Shown in pieces: positions 28,112 to 37,242 of a stretch of 64,000 nt of DNA. The stretch spans positions 9,366 through 73,365 of the forward strand of contig CAYYLM010000002.1 in the NCBI GenBank assembly GCA_964472625.1, written 5' to 3'. Every line of letters begins with the position of its first letter. Positions within the stretch are counted from its first letter, which is position 1. Source of the DNA: an uncultured Dehalococcoidales bacterium. GTDB lineage: Bacteria; Chloroflexota; Dehalococcoidia; Dehalococcoidales; UBA5760. Under the pieces are notes generated by a model. It was not told where the DNA came from, did not search any database, and saw nothing but the letters and a program-made list of their open reading frames with translations. The translations under genes were made by a program, and so were the position numbers.

Positions 28112-29160
28112 CTCGCGGTAGCCAGGCGGCCATGCACGTCGCTATGTGGTATAACAACCGGGACGTGCGCATAGAGGAAATACCTGTCCCTGGGATAGGT
28201 GCCGGTGAGCTCTTGGTACGGGTGGAGGCCTGTGGTATCTGCGGCAGTGATGTCATGGAGTGGTATCGGCGTGACCGGGCGCCTCTGGTGCTGGGCCATG
28301 AGATTGGTGGACAGGTTGCGGCGGTGGGTGAGGGGGTGGCGGCTTATCGAGAGGGTGACCGAATAACCGCTGCCCATCATGTTCCGTGTAATACCTGTCA
28401 CTACTGCTTGAGGGGGCATCATACGGTTTGTGATACACTCCGCCGGACGAATTTTGACCCCGGTGGTATGGCGGAGTACCTTCGTTTGTCGGCAATTCAT
28501 GTTGACCGGGGGGTATTCCAGTTACCAGACGCCATATCTTATGAAGAGGCAACCTTCATCGAGCCGTTGGCTTGCGTCCTGCGGGGGCAAAGGCTGGCAA
28601 ACATGCGACCTGGGAGCAGTGTGCTCGTTATTGGTAGCGGTATTACCGGGCTTTTGCATGTCCAGCTAGCGCATGCTTCAGGAGCTAGTCAAGTAGTGGC
28701 TACCGACATAAGTGATTACCGCCTCAAGGCAGCCGAGCGGTTTGGGGCTGAGATTACCCTCCATGCTGATGAGGACTTGCCTAGCTACCTGCGCCAGGTT
28801 AACCAAGGTCGTCTGGCTGACTTGGTGATATTATGTACTGGTGCCAAATCAGCCATTGGCCAGGCACTAGGGTCAGTGGAACGCGGGGGTACTGTGCTGC
28901 TCTTTGCTCCGACGGATCCCGGGGTTAATATCCCGATTTTCATAAACGAGCTTTTCTTCCGCAATGATGTCACACTGACCACTTCCTATGCTGGGAGTCC
29001 GGCTGACTACCAGACAGCGCTAGAGCTAATCCGGGCCGGTACCTTGTCGGTGCGCCAGATGATTACCCACCGCCTGAGTCTGGCCGAGGCAGGCTTAGGC
29101 TTCCAGCTGGTTGCTGGGGCCAAAGACTCTCTTAAGGTGATAATTGAGCCTCAGCGCTAG
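28108..29160 (+). CDS. Zn-dependent (MDR) dehydrogenase, sorbitol/threonine dehydrogenase-like
   Basis: CGICGSD, GHE, CNTCHYCLRGHHTVC, GSGITG; true start may be ATG 28132. Confidence 0.85.
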   Translation: MTRGSQAAMHVAMWYNNRDVRIEEIPVPGIGAGELLVRVEACGICGSDVMEWYRRDRAPLVLGHEIGGQVAAVGEGVAAYREGDRITAAHHVPCNTCHYCLRGHHTVCDTLRRTNFDPGGMAEYLRLSAIHVDRGVFQLPDAISYEEATFIEPLACVLRGQRLANMRPGSSVLVIGSGITGLLHVQLAHASGASQVVATDISDYRLKAAERFGAEITLHADEDLPSYLRQVNQGRLADLVILCTGAKSAIGQALGSVERGGTVLLFAPTDPGVNIPIFINELFFRNDVTLTTSYAGSPADYQTALELIRAGTLSVRQMITHRLSLAEAGLGFQLVAGAKDSLKVIIEPQR

Positions 29161-29221
29161 AGCAGTGTTGAGAAGTTGCTAGAAGTGTTGGCAATAGCCA
29201 GAGTCATGCGGGTAAACTTCG

Positions 29222-29250
29222 TTGACATTATCGGGTTGCTATGCTAGTTT
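29222..29250 (+). promoter_or_regulatory. Sigma70 promoter of the dehydrogenase operon
   Basis: TTGACA-17 bp-TAGTTT with extended TGn. Confidence 0.6.
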
Positions 29251-29342
29251 GATGGCAGAATTCGGTGGCGAGAAGTAGGCAGGGGGTGGGGTAGAAATAT
29301 GTGCGTGAACTCTATCGAGCCAATGAGGGGGGAGGATAACTA

Positions 29343-30302
29343 ATGGATATTGAAAAGGAAAAGCTAGTGTGGATGTACCGGACAATGGTCCGAATCAGAA
29401 CCTTTGAAGAGAGGGTAGGTGAGGAGTTTGCCGCTGGCAAGATTCCTGGTTTTGTCCATTTGAGCTCGGGACAGGAGGCTAATCCGGCTGGGGTGTGTGC
29501 TAATCTTAGGCCTGACGATTATATCACTAGTAACCATCGGGGGCACGGCCATCTGATTGCTAAAGGCTTGAAGCTGGACGTGATGACGGCGGAGGTCTTT
29601 GGTAAGAAGACCGGTGTTAATAAGGGTAAGGCCGGCTCTCAGCACCTTACTGATATGGCAGTTGGCTGTTTAGGGGCTGAGGGGATTCAGGGCACTCCCG
29701 TGCCGGTGGCGGTTGGTGCTGCCCTCTCGGCTAAGTTGAGGGGTACCGACCAGGTTGCGGTGGCTTTCATTGGAGACGGTACCCTGAATACGGGGAGATT
29801 CCACGAGGGATTGAACCTGGCAGCAGCCTGGAAGCTGCCCCTTATCTGCTACTGTGAAAACAATATTTGGGCGGAGTCAACCAATATCTATGATGTTACC
29901 GCGCTGACTAACATTACTGATAGGGCTGTTGGCTATGGTATCCCCGGGGTAGCTGTTGACGGTAATGATGTACTCGCCGTCTATGAGGCGGTGCGCGAGG
30001 CAGTTGCCCGAGCCAGAAGAGGTGAGGGTCCTACCTTTATAGAAGGTAGAACCTGCCGGCGGCGCGGTCACTTTGAGGGCGATACCCATCTCTACCGCAC
30101 CCAGGAGGAGAAGGACGAGTGTCGGAAGCGGGACCCCATCCCCAGATTCAGGGAGAAGCTGATTGAAATGGGAGTTTTAACCGAGGGGGAAGCGGATAAG
30201 ATTGACCAAGAGGTAGCGGAGGAAATGGAGAAAGCGGCCAAGTTTGCTGAGGAAAGCCCGTTCCCTGAGCCTGGGGAGGTCTACGCTGACGAATTCGCTT
30301 AA
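29343..30302 (+). CDS. TPP-dependent dehydrogenase E1 alpha (acetoin/pyruvate dehydrogenase family)
   Basis: GFVHL..GQEA, SNHRGHGH, GDG...ENN TPP motif, RGHFEGD. Confidence 0.9.
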   Translation: MDIEKEKLVWMYRTMVRIRTFEERVGEEFAAGKIPGFVHLSSGQEANPAGVCANLRPDDYITSNHRGHGHLIAKGLKLDVMTAEVFGKKTGVNKGKAGSQHLTDMAVGCLGAEGIQGTPVPVAVGAALSAKLRGTDQVAVAFIGDGTLNTGRFHEGLNLAAAWKLPLICYCENNIWAESTNIYDVTALTNITDRAVGYGIPGVAVDGNDVLAVYEAVREAVARARRGEGPTFIEGRTCRRRGHFEGDTHLYRTQEEKDECRKRDPIPRFREKLIEMGVLTEGEADKIDQEVAEEMEKAAKFAEESPFPEPGEVYADEFA

Positions 30303-30314
30303 GGAGGCAAGATA

Positions 30315-31301
30315 GTGAGAGAGATAACCTTAACTCAAGCCATAACTGAAGCCGTTGATGAGGAAATGACCAGAGATGCCACGGTATTTCTGTTTGGCGA
30401 GGATGTAAGGCAGTGGGGGGCTCCTCTGGGAGAGTTCAAGGGTCTTTATAAAAAATATGGGCCAGGCAGAGTGCTGGACACGCCGATCTCGGAGACAGCC
30501 ATGATTGGTGCCGCCATAGGTTCGGCCGCCACGGGAATGAGACCGATCGTGCACATCATGTTCGCTGAGTTTTTGACGGTGTGCTTTTCTGATATCTTCA
30601 ACGCCATGTGTAAGCCGAGGTACATGTCGGGGGGGAAGATAAAGTTTCCGGTGACGATTATGAGCTATTGTGGTGCTGGTATATCGGCGGCGGGGGAGCA
30701 CTCGGGGTGTCTTGACGGTATGATGATGAGCATTCCGGGACTTAAAATTGTGCAACCGTCCACTCCCTATGATGCCAAAGGCCTAATCAAGTCGGCGATC
30801 AGGGATGATAATCCCGTTCAGGTTTTTTATCATAAGAAGCTGATGCTTAGCGGTCTAAAGGGTGGGGTGCCAGAGGAGGAATACACAGTACCCTTGGGGA
30901 AGGCGGATATCAAGAGAAAGGGTAGCGATGTTACCGTGGTGGCTACTGCCCTGATGCTTCACCGGGCGCTGGCTGCAGCCGAAAAGCTTCAGGCGAAGGG
31001 TATCAGCGTCGAGGTTATTGACCCACGCACTTTGGCACCTCTTGACAAGGAGACTATCATAAGCTCGCTTAAGAAGACAGGCAGGCTGGTGATTATGGTT
31101 GAAGAGCCAAAGACGGGAAGCTCGGCGTCTGAGATCGCGGCGGTAGTAGCTGAGGAAGCCCTTGACCTGCTTAAGACACCCATCAAGAGAGTCTGTGCTC
31201 CTGATACGGCTATCCCCTTCACTCCAGCGCTGGAGAAGGTTTGGATGCCGAGTGAGGAGGATTTGATCCAGGCGGTAACCAAGCTCGTAGGAAGTAAGTA
31301 A
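30315..31301 (+). CDS. TPP-dependent dehydrogenase E1 beta
   Basis: FGEDV, DTPISE, EVIDPRTLAPLD, KKTGRLVI. Confidence 0.9.
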   Translation: MREITLTQAITEAVDEEMTRDATVFLFGEDVRQWGAPLGEFKGLYKKYGPGRVLDTPISETAMIGAAIGSAATGMRPIVHIMFAEFLTVCFSDIFNAMCKPRYMSGGKIKFPVTIMSYCGAGISAAGEHSGCLDGMMMSIPGLKIVQPSTPYDAKGLIKSAIRDDNPVQVFYHKKLMLSGLKGGVPEEEYTVPLGKADIKRKGSDVTVVATALMLHRALAAAEKLQAKGISVEVIDPRTLAPLDKETIISSLKKTGRLVIMVEEPKTGSSASEIAAVVAEEALDLLKTPIKRVCAPDTAIPFTPALEKVWMPSEEDLIQAVTKLVGSK

Positions 31302-31418
31302 GAGACCGGCGGGTAAGATAGCAGCTTAGAGTATAGTAGGTAGGCGTTAGGCTAAGAGGGATTGATACCCTTAATTTCCATTATAGTGTGGCCCCGGGTG
31401 CATTGTAATCTGAAGTGA

Positions 31419-32444
31419 TTGGTGCTAATTATGGGTGAGGTAAGTCCAGCCAAGATTAAGGTTCGAAAGATTACTCAGGTAGCCATCGCAGTGCATAATC
31501 TGCCCATGGTGGTGGAGAATTACTGGAAGATCCTGGGCATCGGTCCGTGGAATATCTATGCCTGGGAATACCCCCTGGTTTCCAGTCGTACCTACCATGG
31601 CCAACCAGCCTGGTCACGGGAGAAGATATGCCATGCTATGGTGGGTGATGTCGAGTTTGAGTTGATGCAACCGGTTGATGGTCCCTCACTTTACCGTGAT
31701 TTCCTCGAGGAGCATGGCGAAGGAATCCATCACCTGCAGTTCCTAGTTGATGATTTCGACGAGACAACGAGGATACTGACTGAGGAATATGGTTTTACTA
31801 GCCTACAGAGTGGTAGCTGTGGGCGCACTGAAAAGGGCTGTCGTTATAACTATGTCTATTTTGAGCCTCTCGGCTGTATTTGGGAGGTAGTCGACTGTGA
31901 AGAGGGTATCGGTGGGGAACCTACCAGCCGCTATCCAGAAAGAGCTCAGGACAGCCCGGCTAAACTCAAGGTGAAGAATATCAACCGGGTGGCTATTGTG
32001 GTCGAGGATGTGCCGAGGGCAGCGGAGAGTTACTGGAATGTGTTGGGTATTGGCCCCTGGGCTATGTATGAGTGGGAGGAGCCTCTTATCTACGATCGGA
32101 AATACCGTGGTAAGCCAGCTTGGGGTAGGGAGAGGGTTGCTATCGCCGATGTCGGTGGAGTTCGGCTTGAGCTATGCCAACCGGTGGCGGGAGACTCTGC
32201 CTATCGTGACTTCCTCGAGGAGCACGGACCAGGCCTTCACCATATTAGCTTCTTGGTTGATGATGTCGATAAGGCGAGCCAAGTACTAGCTCAGGACGGT
32301 TTCCCCAGTCTCCAGAGCGGGCGTTTTGGAGACCCTGAGTCGGGGGATGCCTATAATTATATCAATATTAAGCCGCTCCGTGCTATCTGGGGACTAGCCC
32401 ATTATGACGAGAGGAATTTGGCGCCTACTTTGTATCCACGTTAG
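31419..32444 (+). CDS. VOC/methylmalonyl-CoA epimerase-like protein with two tandem VOC domains
   Basis: Two repeats of (Q/R)VAI.V...LGIGPW...EL.QPV.G.S.YRDFLEEHG.G.HH..F.VDD. Confidence 0.8.
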   Translation: MVLIMGEVSPAKIKVRKITQVAIAVHNLPMVVENYWKILGIGPWNIYAWEYPLVSSRTYHGQPAWSREKICHAMVGDVEFELMQPVDGPSLYRDFLEEHGEGIHHLQFLVDDFDETTRILTEEYGFTSLQSGSCGRTEKGCRYNYVYFEPLGCIWEVVDCEEGIGGEPTSRYPERAQDSPAKLKVKNINRVAIVVEDVPRAAESYWNVLGIGPWAMYEWEEPLIYDRKYRGKPAWGRERVAIADVGGVRLELCQPVAGDSAYRDFLEEHGPGLHHISFLVDDVDKASQVLAQDGFPSLQSGRFGDPESGDAYNYINIKPLRAIWGLAHYDERNLAPTLYPR

Positions 32445-32620
32445 CAGTAAATAGCTGGCTGGTGGTTGATTATATCGGTTGCCAAATGGTAGAATGGTTT
32501 CGGGAATCAGTGACTTCGCTTGATGACTTGGCAGCAGGGACTCAGCTGAAATTTAGCTGATAAAGAATTCAAAGGCAGAGGGTCTCTGCTGTTTTATTTA
32601 GTAGTTTTGGAGGTGAAGCA

Positions 32621-34171
32621 GTGGCTACTAAAGTAATTGTCCCCAAGCTAGGCATGAGCACGGAGCCGATTACGCTGGTTGAGTGGAAGGCTAAGGAAGG
32701 CGACCGGGTCGAGAAGGGTAGTGTTGTTCTGGTGGTGGAGACGGAGAAGATCAGGCACGATATTGAGGCTGAGGCGTCGGGGTTTCTTCACATTCTGGTT
32801 GAGGCAGGAAAGGAGGCACCCATCGGTTCAGCGGCGGCTCTTATTGCTGAAACCAAGGAGGAATTGGCGACCCTTAAGAAGGGCGAGGGGGCAGCAGCGG
32901 CCGCTGAGGTTGAGGAGGTTTCCCCAGTTGAAGCTCCCGCTAAGGCGAAAGAGCCCCCCCCGACTGAAGCTTTAGTCGCCGGAACCAAGGTTGTCGTCCC
33001 CAAGCTAGGCATGAGCACGGAGCCGATTACGCTGGTTGAGTGGAAGGCTAAGGAAGGCGACCGGGTCGAGAAGGGTAGTGTTGTTCTGGTGGTGGAGACG
33101 GAGAAGATCAGGCATGATGTTGAGGCTGAGGCATCGGGGTTTCTTCACATCCTGGTTGAGGCAGGAAAGGAGGCGCCCATCGGCTCAGCGGCGGCTCTTA
33201 TCGTCGCTGCCAAGGAGGAACTGGAGGCCCTTCAAAAGGGTGAGGTACCGCTAGCGGCCGCCGAAGTTAAAGAGGCTCCCCCGGCTGAGGCGGAAAAAGA
33301 GCGTATTCAAATCTCCCCCGTAGCTCGTAAGATGGCTGAGGAGCACAGGATAGATATCGCCGAAGTAGTCGGTAGCGGTCCCGAAGGCAGGATTGTGAAG
33401 GAGGATATCGAGAGAGAGATTGCCAAGAAGGCGGCACCTCCCGTTGAAGCCGTAGCTGAGGGGTATCAGGGTAGACGAGTAAAATCCAAGCTCCCGCTTA
33501 CGGGTATCCGTAAGGCAGTTGCGGAGCATATGCACCGGAGCCTATCGGTCTCGGCTCAGCTTACGGTCATGGGCGAATTGGATGTAGCTGAGCTAGTAAA
33601 GTTGCGCAAAAAGCTGGTGGGGCAGGAAGAGAAGCTCGGCGCCCGCGTTACCTATACCGACCTTATGGTAGCCGCGGTGGCTAGGCTGCTCAAAGAATAT
33701 CCACTGGTTAATGCTAGCCTGATAGGTAACGAGATTATACAGTGGGAGGATATCAACGTCTCGGTTGCGGTGGCTATGGAGGAGGGGCTAATTGTTCCGG
33801 TGGTAAAAAATGCCGATCAGAAATCACTGGTTGAGATAAGCAAAGAGTTACGGACGCTAGCTAAGAAGGCGCGGGAGAGGACACTGGCACCGGAAGAGGT
33901 TCAGGGAGGCACCTTTACCATAACTAACCTTGGGGCGTTGGGTGGTGGCTATCGTTTTGAGACGGTAATCATAAATCAACCCGAGTCCGCCATTTTAGGC
34001 ACTGGGGGCCTAAGCGACCGGGCTGTGGTCAGGGAGGGGCAGATTGTGATTCGACCAATCATGACCTATTACCTAACCTACGACCACCGGGTATTTACCG
34101 GGGCGGTGGCAGCGGCATTCATTAACAGCTTAGCCGAGCTATTGCAAACCCCAGAACCTTTAACAGTCTAG
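32621..34171 (+). CDS. Dihydrolipoamide acyltransferase E2 with two lipoyl domains
   Basis: Two VETEKI lipoyl-Lys motifs, ISPVARKMA...GSGPEGRI binding domain, GGTFTITNLG, DHRVFTG. Confidence 0.9.
   Translation: MATKVIVPKLGMSTEPITLVEWKAKEGDRVEKGSVVLVVETEKIRHDIEAEASGFLHILVEAGKEAPIGSAAALIAETKEELATLKKGEGAAAAAEVEEVSPVEAPAKAKEPPPTEALVAGTKVVVPKLGMSTEPITLVEWKAKEGDRVEKGSVVLVVETEKIRHDVEAEASGFLHILVEAGKEAPIGSAAALIVAAKEELEALQKGEVPLAAAEVKEAPPAEAEKERIQISPVARKMAEEHRIDIAEVVGSGPEGRIVKEDIEREIAKKAAPPVEAVAEGYQGRRVKSKLPLTGIRKAVAEHMHRSLSVSAQLTVMGELDVAELVKLRKKLVGQEEKLGARVTYTDLMVAAVARLLKEYPLVNASLIGNEIIQWEDINVSVAVAMEEGLIVPVVKNADQKSLVEISKELRTLAKKARERTLAPEEVQGGTFTITNLGALGGGYRFETVIINQPESAILGTGGLSDRAVVREGQIVIRPIMTYYLTYDHRVFTGAVAAAFINSLAELLQTPEPLTV
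32639..33223 (+). repeat. Near-identical tandem lipoyl-domain coding repeats (32639-32866 and 32996-33223)
   Basis: Long identical nucleotide runs at offset 357. Confidence 0.9.
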
Positions 34172-34188
34172 ATTGATAAGGAAGGTGC

Positions 34189-35598
34189 ATGGAACAAAGG
34201 GACGTAGTTGTCATTGGCGGTGGTCCTGCTGGCTACGTAGCGGCGATAAGGGCCGCCCAGCTGAGGGGTAAGGTAACCCTAGTGGAAGAGGCTAAACTGG
34301 GTGGCACCTGTCTCAATCGTGGCTGTATTCCCACCAAATTCATGCTACGCAGCGTTGAGGCCTACCAATCACTGAAAACTGCGGAGCGATATGGTATCAG
34401 TGTGTCCGGGGCTAATCTGGAACTAACCAAGATGCAAGCCGGTAAGAACGAAGTAATATCAGCTTTAGCTTCAGGGGTTAAGGGGCTTCTTTCGGGTAAC
34501 AAGGTTGAGGTCTTAAACGGGCGGGCTAAACTTACTTCTTCAGGTCAGATAGCAGTGGGCTCCGCTCAGGGGAAGAAAGAGACTATCACTGCTGACAAAA
34601 TAATCCTGGCAACCGGGGCAAAACCAATAGTGTTACCTATTCCTGGGGCTGATAGCCCGAACATAATGAGTGTTGATGATCTGCTAGAGGTAAAGGAGCT
34701 CCCCAAGAGCCTAGTGATTATCGGCGGGGGTGTCGTCGGGGTGGAAATGGCCACGGTCTTTGCCAAGCTGGGCTCACGGGTAAGTCTGGTGGAGATGATG
34801 CCCCACTGTCTGCCAGCTCAGGATGATGAGATAGCCCTAGTTCTAGAGGGTGTGCTTAGGGATGAGGGGATTCAGGTATGCTGCAGTGCCCGGGTGAGCC
34901 GAATTGATGACACTGACGGTGGTAAAGCAGTCGTCTTTTCCGAAGGTGGAGCTGAGCAGAAGATAGAGGCAGAAGCGGTGGCCATAGCGGTAGGCTATCG
35001 ACCGAATGTAGACGGCTTGGGTCTAGAGGAATGTGGCGTGGCGGTCGAGAGGGGTGGTATCCAGGTCAACGAAAAGATGGAAACCAGCGTACCTAATATT
35101 TATGCGGCTGGTGATGTCGTCGGCGGTATGATGCTGGCTTATGTTGCCATCGCTGAGGGGATGGTGGCGGCTGAGAATGCTCGGGGGCTGGATTCAAAAC
35201 TGGATTATAACGCTATTCCGCAATGCATCTTTACCCTGCCCGAGGTAGCCGGCGTCGGCCTCACCGAACAGGAAGCCACAGCTCAGGGGCATGAAATACA
35301 GATTGGCAGATTCCCCTTCATGGCTAACGGGATGGCGGCTATCATTGGCGAACAGCGGGGGCTGGTTAAGATAATTACCGAGCCGAAATACGGACAGGTA
35401 TTGGGGGTTCATATTATTGGCCCTCAGGCAACGTGTCTCATCGCTGAAGCCGCTACGGCTATAAAGCTAGAGAGTACCGTTGATGACATTCTGGCCATGA
35501 TTCATGCTCATCCTTCTCTCTCAGAGGCAATCTGGGAAGCGGCGGCGGATGTTAAGGGTGAGGCAATTCACATCCTGTCGCAGAAAAAGAGCGGGTGA
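34189..35598 (+). CDS. lpdA: Dihydrolipoyl dehydrogenase E3
   Basis: GGGPAGY, GGTCLNRGCIPTK, GGGVVGVE, HAHPSLSE. Confidence 0.95.
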   Translation: MEQRDVVVIGGGPAGYVAAIRAAQLRGKVTLVEEAKLGGTCLNRGCIPTKFMLRSVEAYQSLKTAERYGISVSGANLELTKMQAGKNEVISALASGVKGLLSGNKVEVLNGRAKLTSSGQIAVGSAQGKKETITADKIILATGAKPIVLPIPGADSPNIMSVDDLLEVKELPKSLVIIGGGVVGVEMATVFAKLGSRVSLVEMMPHCLPAQDDEIALVLEGVLRDEGIQVCCSARVSRIDDTDGGKAVVFSEGGAEQKIEAEAVAIAVGYRPNVDGLGLEECGVAVERGGIQVNEKMETSVPNIYAAGDVVGGMMLAYVAIAEGMVAAENARGLDSKLDYNAIPQCIFTLPEVAGVGLTEQEATAQGHEIQIGRFPFMANGMAAIIGEQRGLVKIITEPKYGQVLGVHIIGPQATCLIAEAATAIKLESTVDDILAMIHAHPSLSEAIWEAAADVKGEAIHILSQKKSG

Positions 35599-35628
35599 TA
35601 TAATTCACTTTACATAAAATTATGTGAG

Positions 35629-36390
35629 ATGTTGTGTTCGGTCTATCAACTGGGGCGGGTAGGTTATGGCGAGGTGTATCAGCTGCAGACGGACCTCCTA
35701 GACCGGAGGCTAACCGACGGTATCGGAGATACCCTTTTGCTAGTAGAACACCCACCAACGATTACTATCGGTAAGTCAGGTAAAGTAGAGAACATCCTGG
35801 CTTCTCAGGCGGAACTAAGAGAGGGGGGTATCTCGTTATTCTTTGTAGATAGGGGAGGGGATGTTACCTATCATGGCCCCGGTCAGCTGGTGGTCTACCC
35901 GATTATTGATCTTAAGGATAGGGGAAGAGATCTTCACCAGTATATTTATGACCTTGAAGAGGTAATCATAAGGGCTCTTGGCGACTTTAGTATTGGGGCG
36001 GTGAGGGATAAATCCCATCGTGGGGTTTGGGTCGCGGATAAGGAGATGGCGGCCATTGGGCTTAGAGTCAGAAGATGGGTAACCATGCACGGCTTTGCCC
36101 TCAATGTAAATACGGATTTAGACCCCTTTTCACTGATAAACCCCTGTGGCTTCACTGATAGGGGGGCTACCTCAATGGCAGTGGTACTAGCTCAAGAAAT
36201 ACCAATGACGGCCGTAAGCGATAGGATACTGGCCCGTTTTTCAGAAGTTTTTAATGCCGAGATGAAACTTTTCCAAATTCGGACGAAGCCTAGTTCAGAT
36301 GATATGGGTCATGATTTACTTAGGCAAACTAATCTTGATACTCTGGTGAGGGATAAGACTCATGAGAGCCAGACTACCACCCTGGTTTAA
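35629..36390 (+). CDS. lipB: Lipoyl(octanoyl) transferase
   Basis: EHPPTITIG, DRGGDVTYHGPGQLVVYP, HGFALNV, INPCG. Confidence 0.93.
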   Translation: MLCSVYQLGRVGYGEVYQLQTDLLDRRLTDGIGDTLLLVEHPPTITIGKSGKVENILASQAELREGGISLFFVDRGGDVTYHGPGQLVVYPIIDLKDRGRDLHQYIYDLEEVIIRALGDFSIGAVRDKSHRGVWVADKEMAAIGLRVRRWVTMHGFALNVNTDLDPFSLINPCGFTDRGATSMAVVLAQEIPMTAVSDRILARFSEVFNAEMKLFQIRTKPSSDDMGHDLLRQTNLDTLVRDKTHESQTTTLV

Positions 36391-37219
36391 GCAGCGGGCT
36401 AACCCCGAGGCCATGATGGCTATGGAAGGACTTCTTAATAGCCTGAGCCTGCATACTATTTGCCAGAGTGCCCACTGCCCTAACGCCGGAGATTGTTTTT
36501 CGCGAAAGACAGCTACGTTTTTGATTCTGGGTAATATCTGCACCAGGGACTGCCGCTTTTGCGCGGTGGAGAAGGGCTACCCCCTGCCGGTGGATAAAGA
36601 AGAGCCCGAGCACCTGCTTGAGGCAGTAGAGGCGCTGAGTCTGTGTTACGTAGTCATAACCTCGGTCACCAGAGATGACCTTCCCGATGGTGGCGCCGCT
36701 CAGTTTGCTAGAACCGTAAATCTGCTCCGTGAAAAGAGGCCGGGGATTATGGTCGAGGTTCTCGTTCCCGATTTCCTTGGCTCCCGTGAGGCTCTGAGCA
36801 CGGTGGTAGCCGCTTTACCTAGCGTGCTAAACCACAACGTGGAGACAGTGCCCCGTCTTTATTCCGGGGTCAGGTCGAGGGCAGATTACCGGCGCTCTAT
36901 AAGACTCCTCGGTATGGTGAAGGATCTGGACCCGGGGATGGTTACCAAGTCAGGACTGATGCTTGGGCTTGGGGAAACGAAGGACGAAGTAGTCGCCGTC
37001 ATGGAGGACTTAAGGGAAGCCGGATGTGATTTGCTTACCCTTGGTCAGTACCTGCCGCCTTCGCCACAACATTATCCTCTATCCCGGTATGTCTCTCCCG
37101 AGGAGTTTGCTGAGTTCGAGGCGATGGGCAGAAGCCTTGGCTTTGCCGAGGTTGCCTCAGCACCTCTGGTGAGAAGCTCCTTTAGAGCCGCCGAACTCTA
37201 TGCCAAAGCCAAAAACTGA
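36362..37219 (+). CDS. lipA: Lipoyl synthase
   Basis: CQSAHCPNAGDC, CTRDCRFC, HNVETV, RSSF. Confidence 0.95.
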   Translation: MRARLPPWFKQRANPEAMMAMEGLLNSLSLHTICQSAHCPNAGDCFSRKTATFLILGNICTRDCRFCAVEKGYPLPVDKEEPEHLLEAVEALSLCYVVITSVTRDDLPDGGAAQFARTVNLLREKRPGIMVEVLVPDFLGSREALSTVVAALPSVLNHNVETVPRLYSGVRSRADYRRSIRLLGMVKDLDPGMVTKSGLMLGLGETKDEVVAVMEDLREAGCDLLTLGQYLPPSPQHYPLSRYVSPEEFAEFEAMGRSLGFAEVASAPLVRSSFRAAELYAKAKN

Positions 37220-37242
37220 CTAACCGATGGGGATAGCTTACC

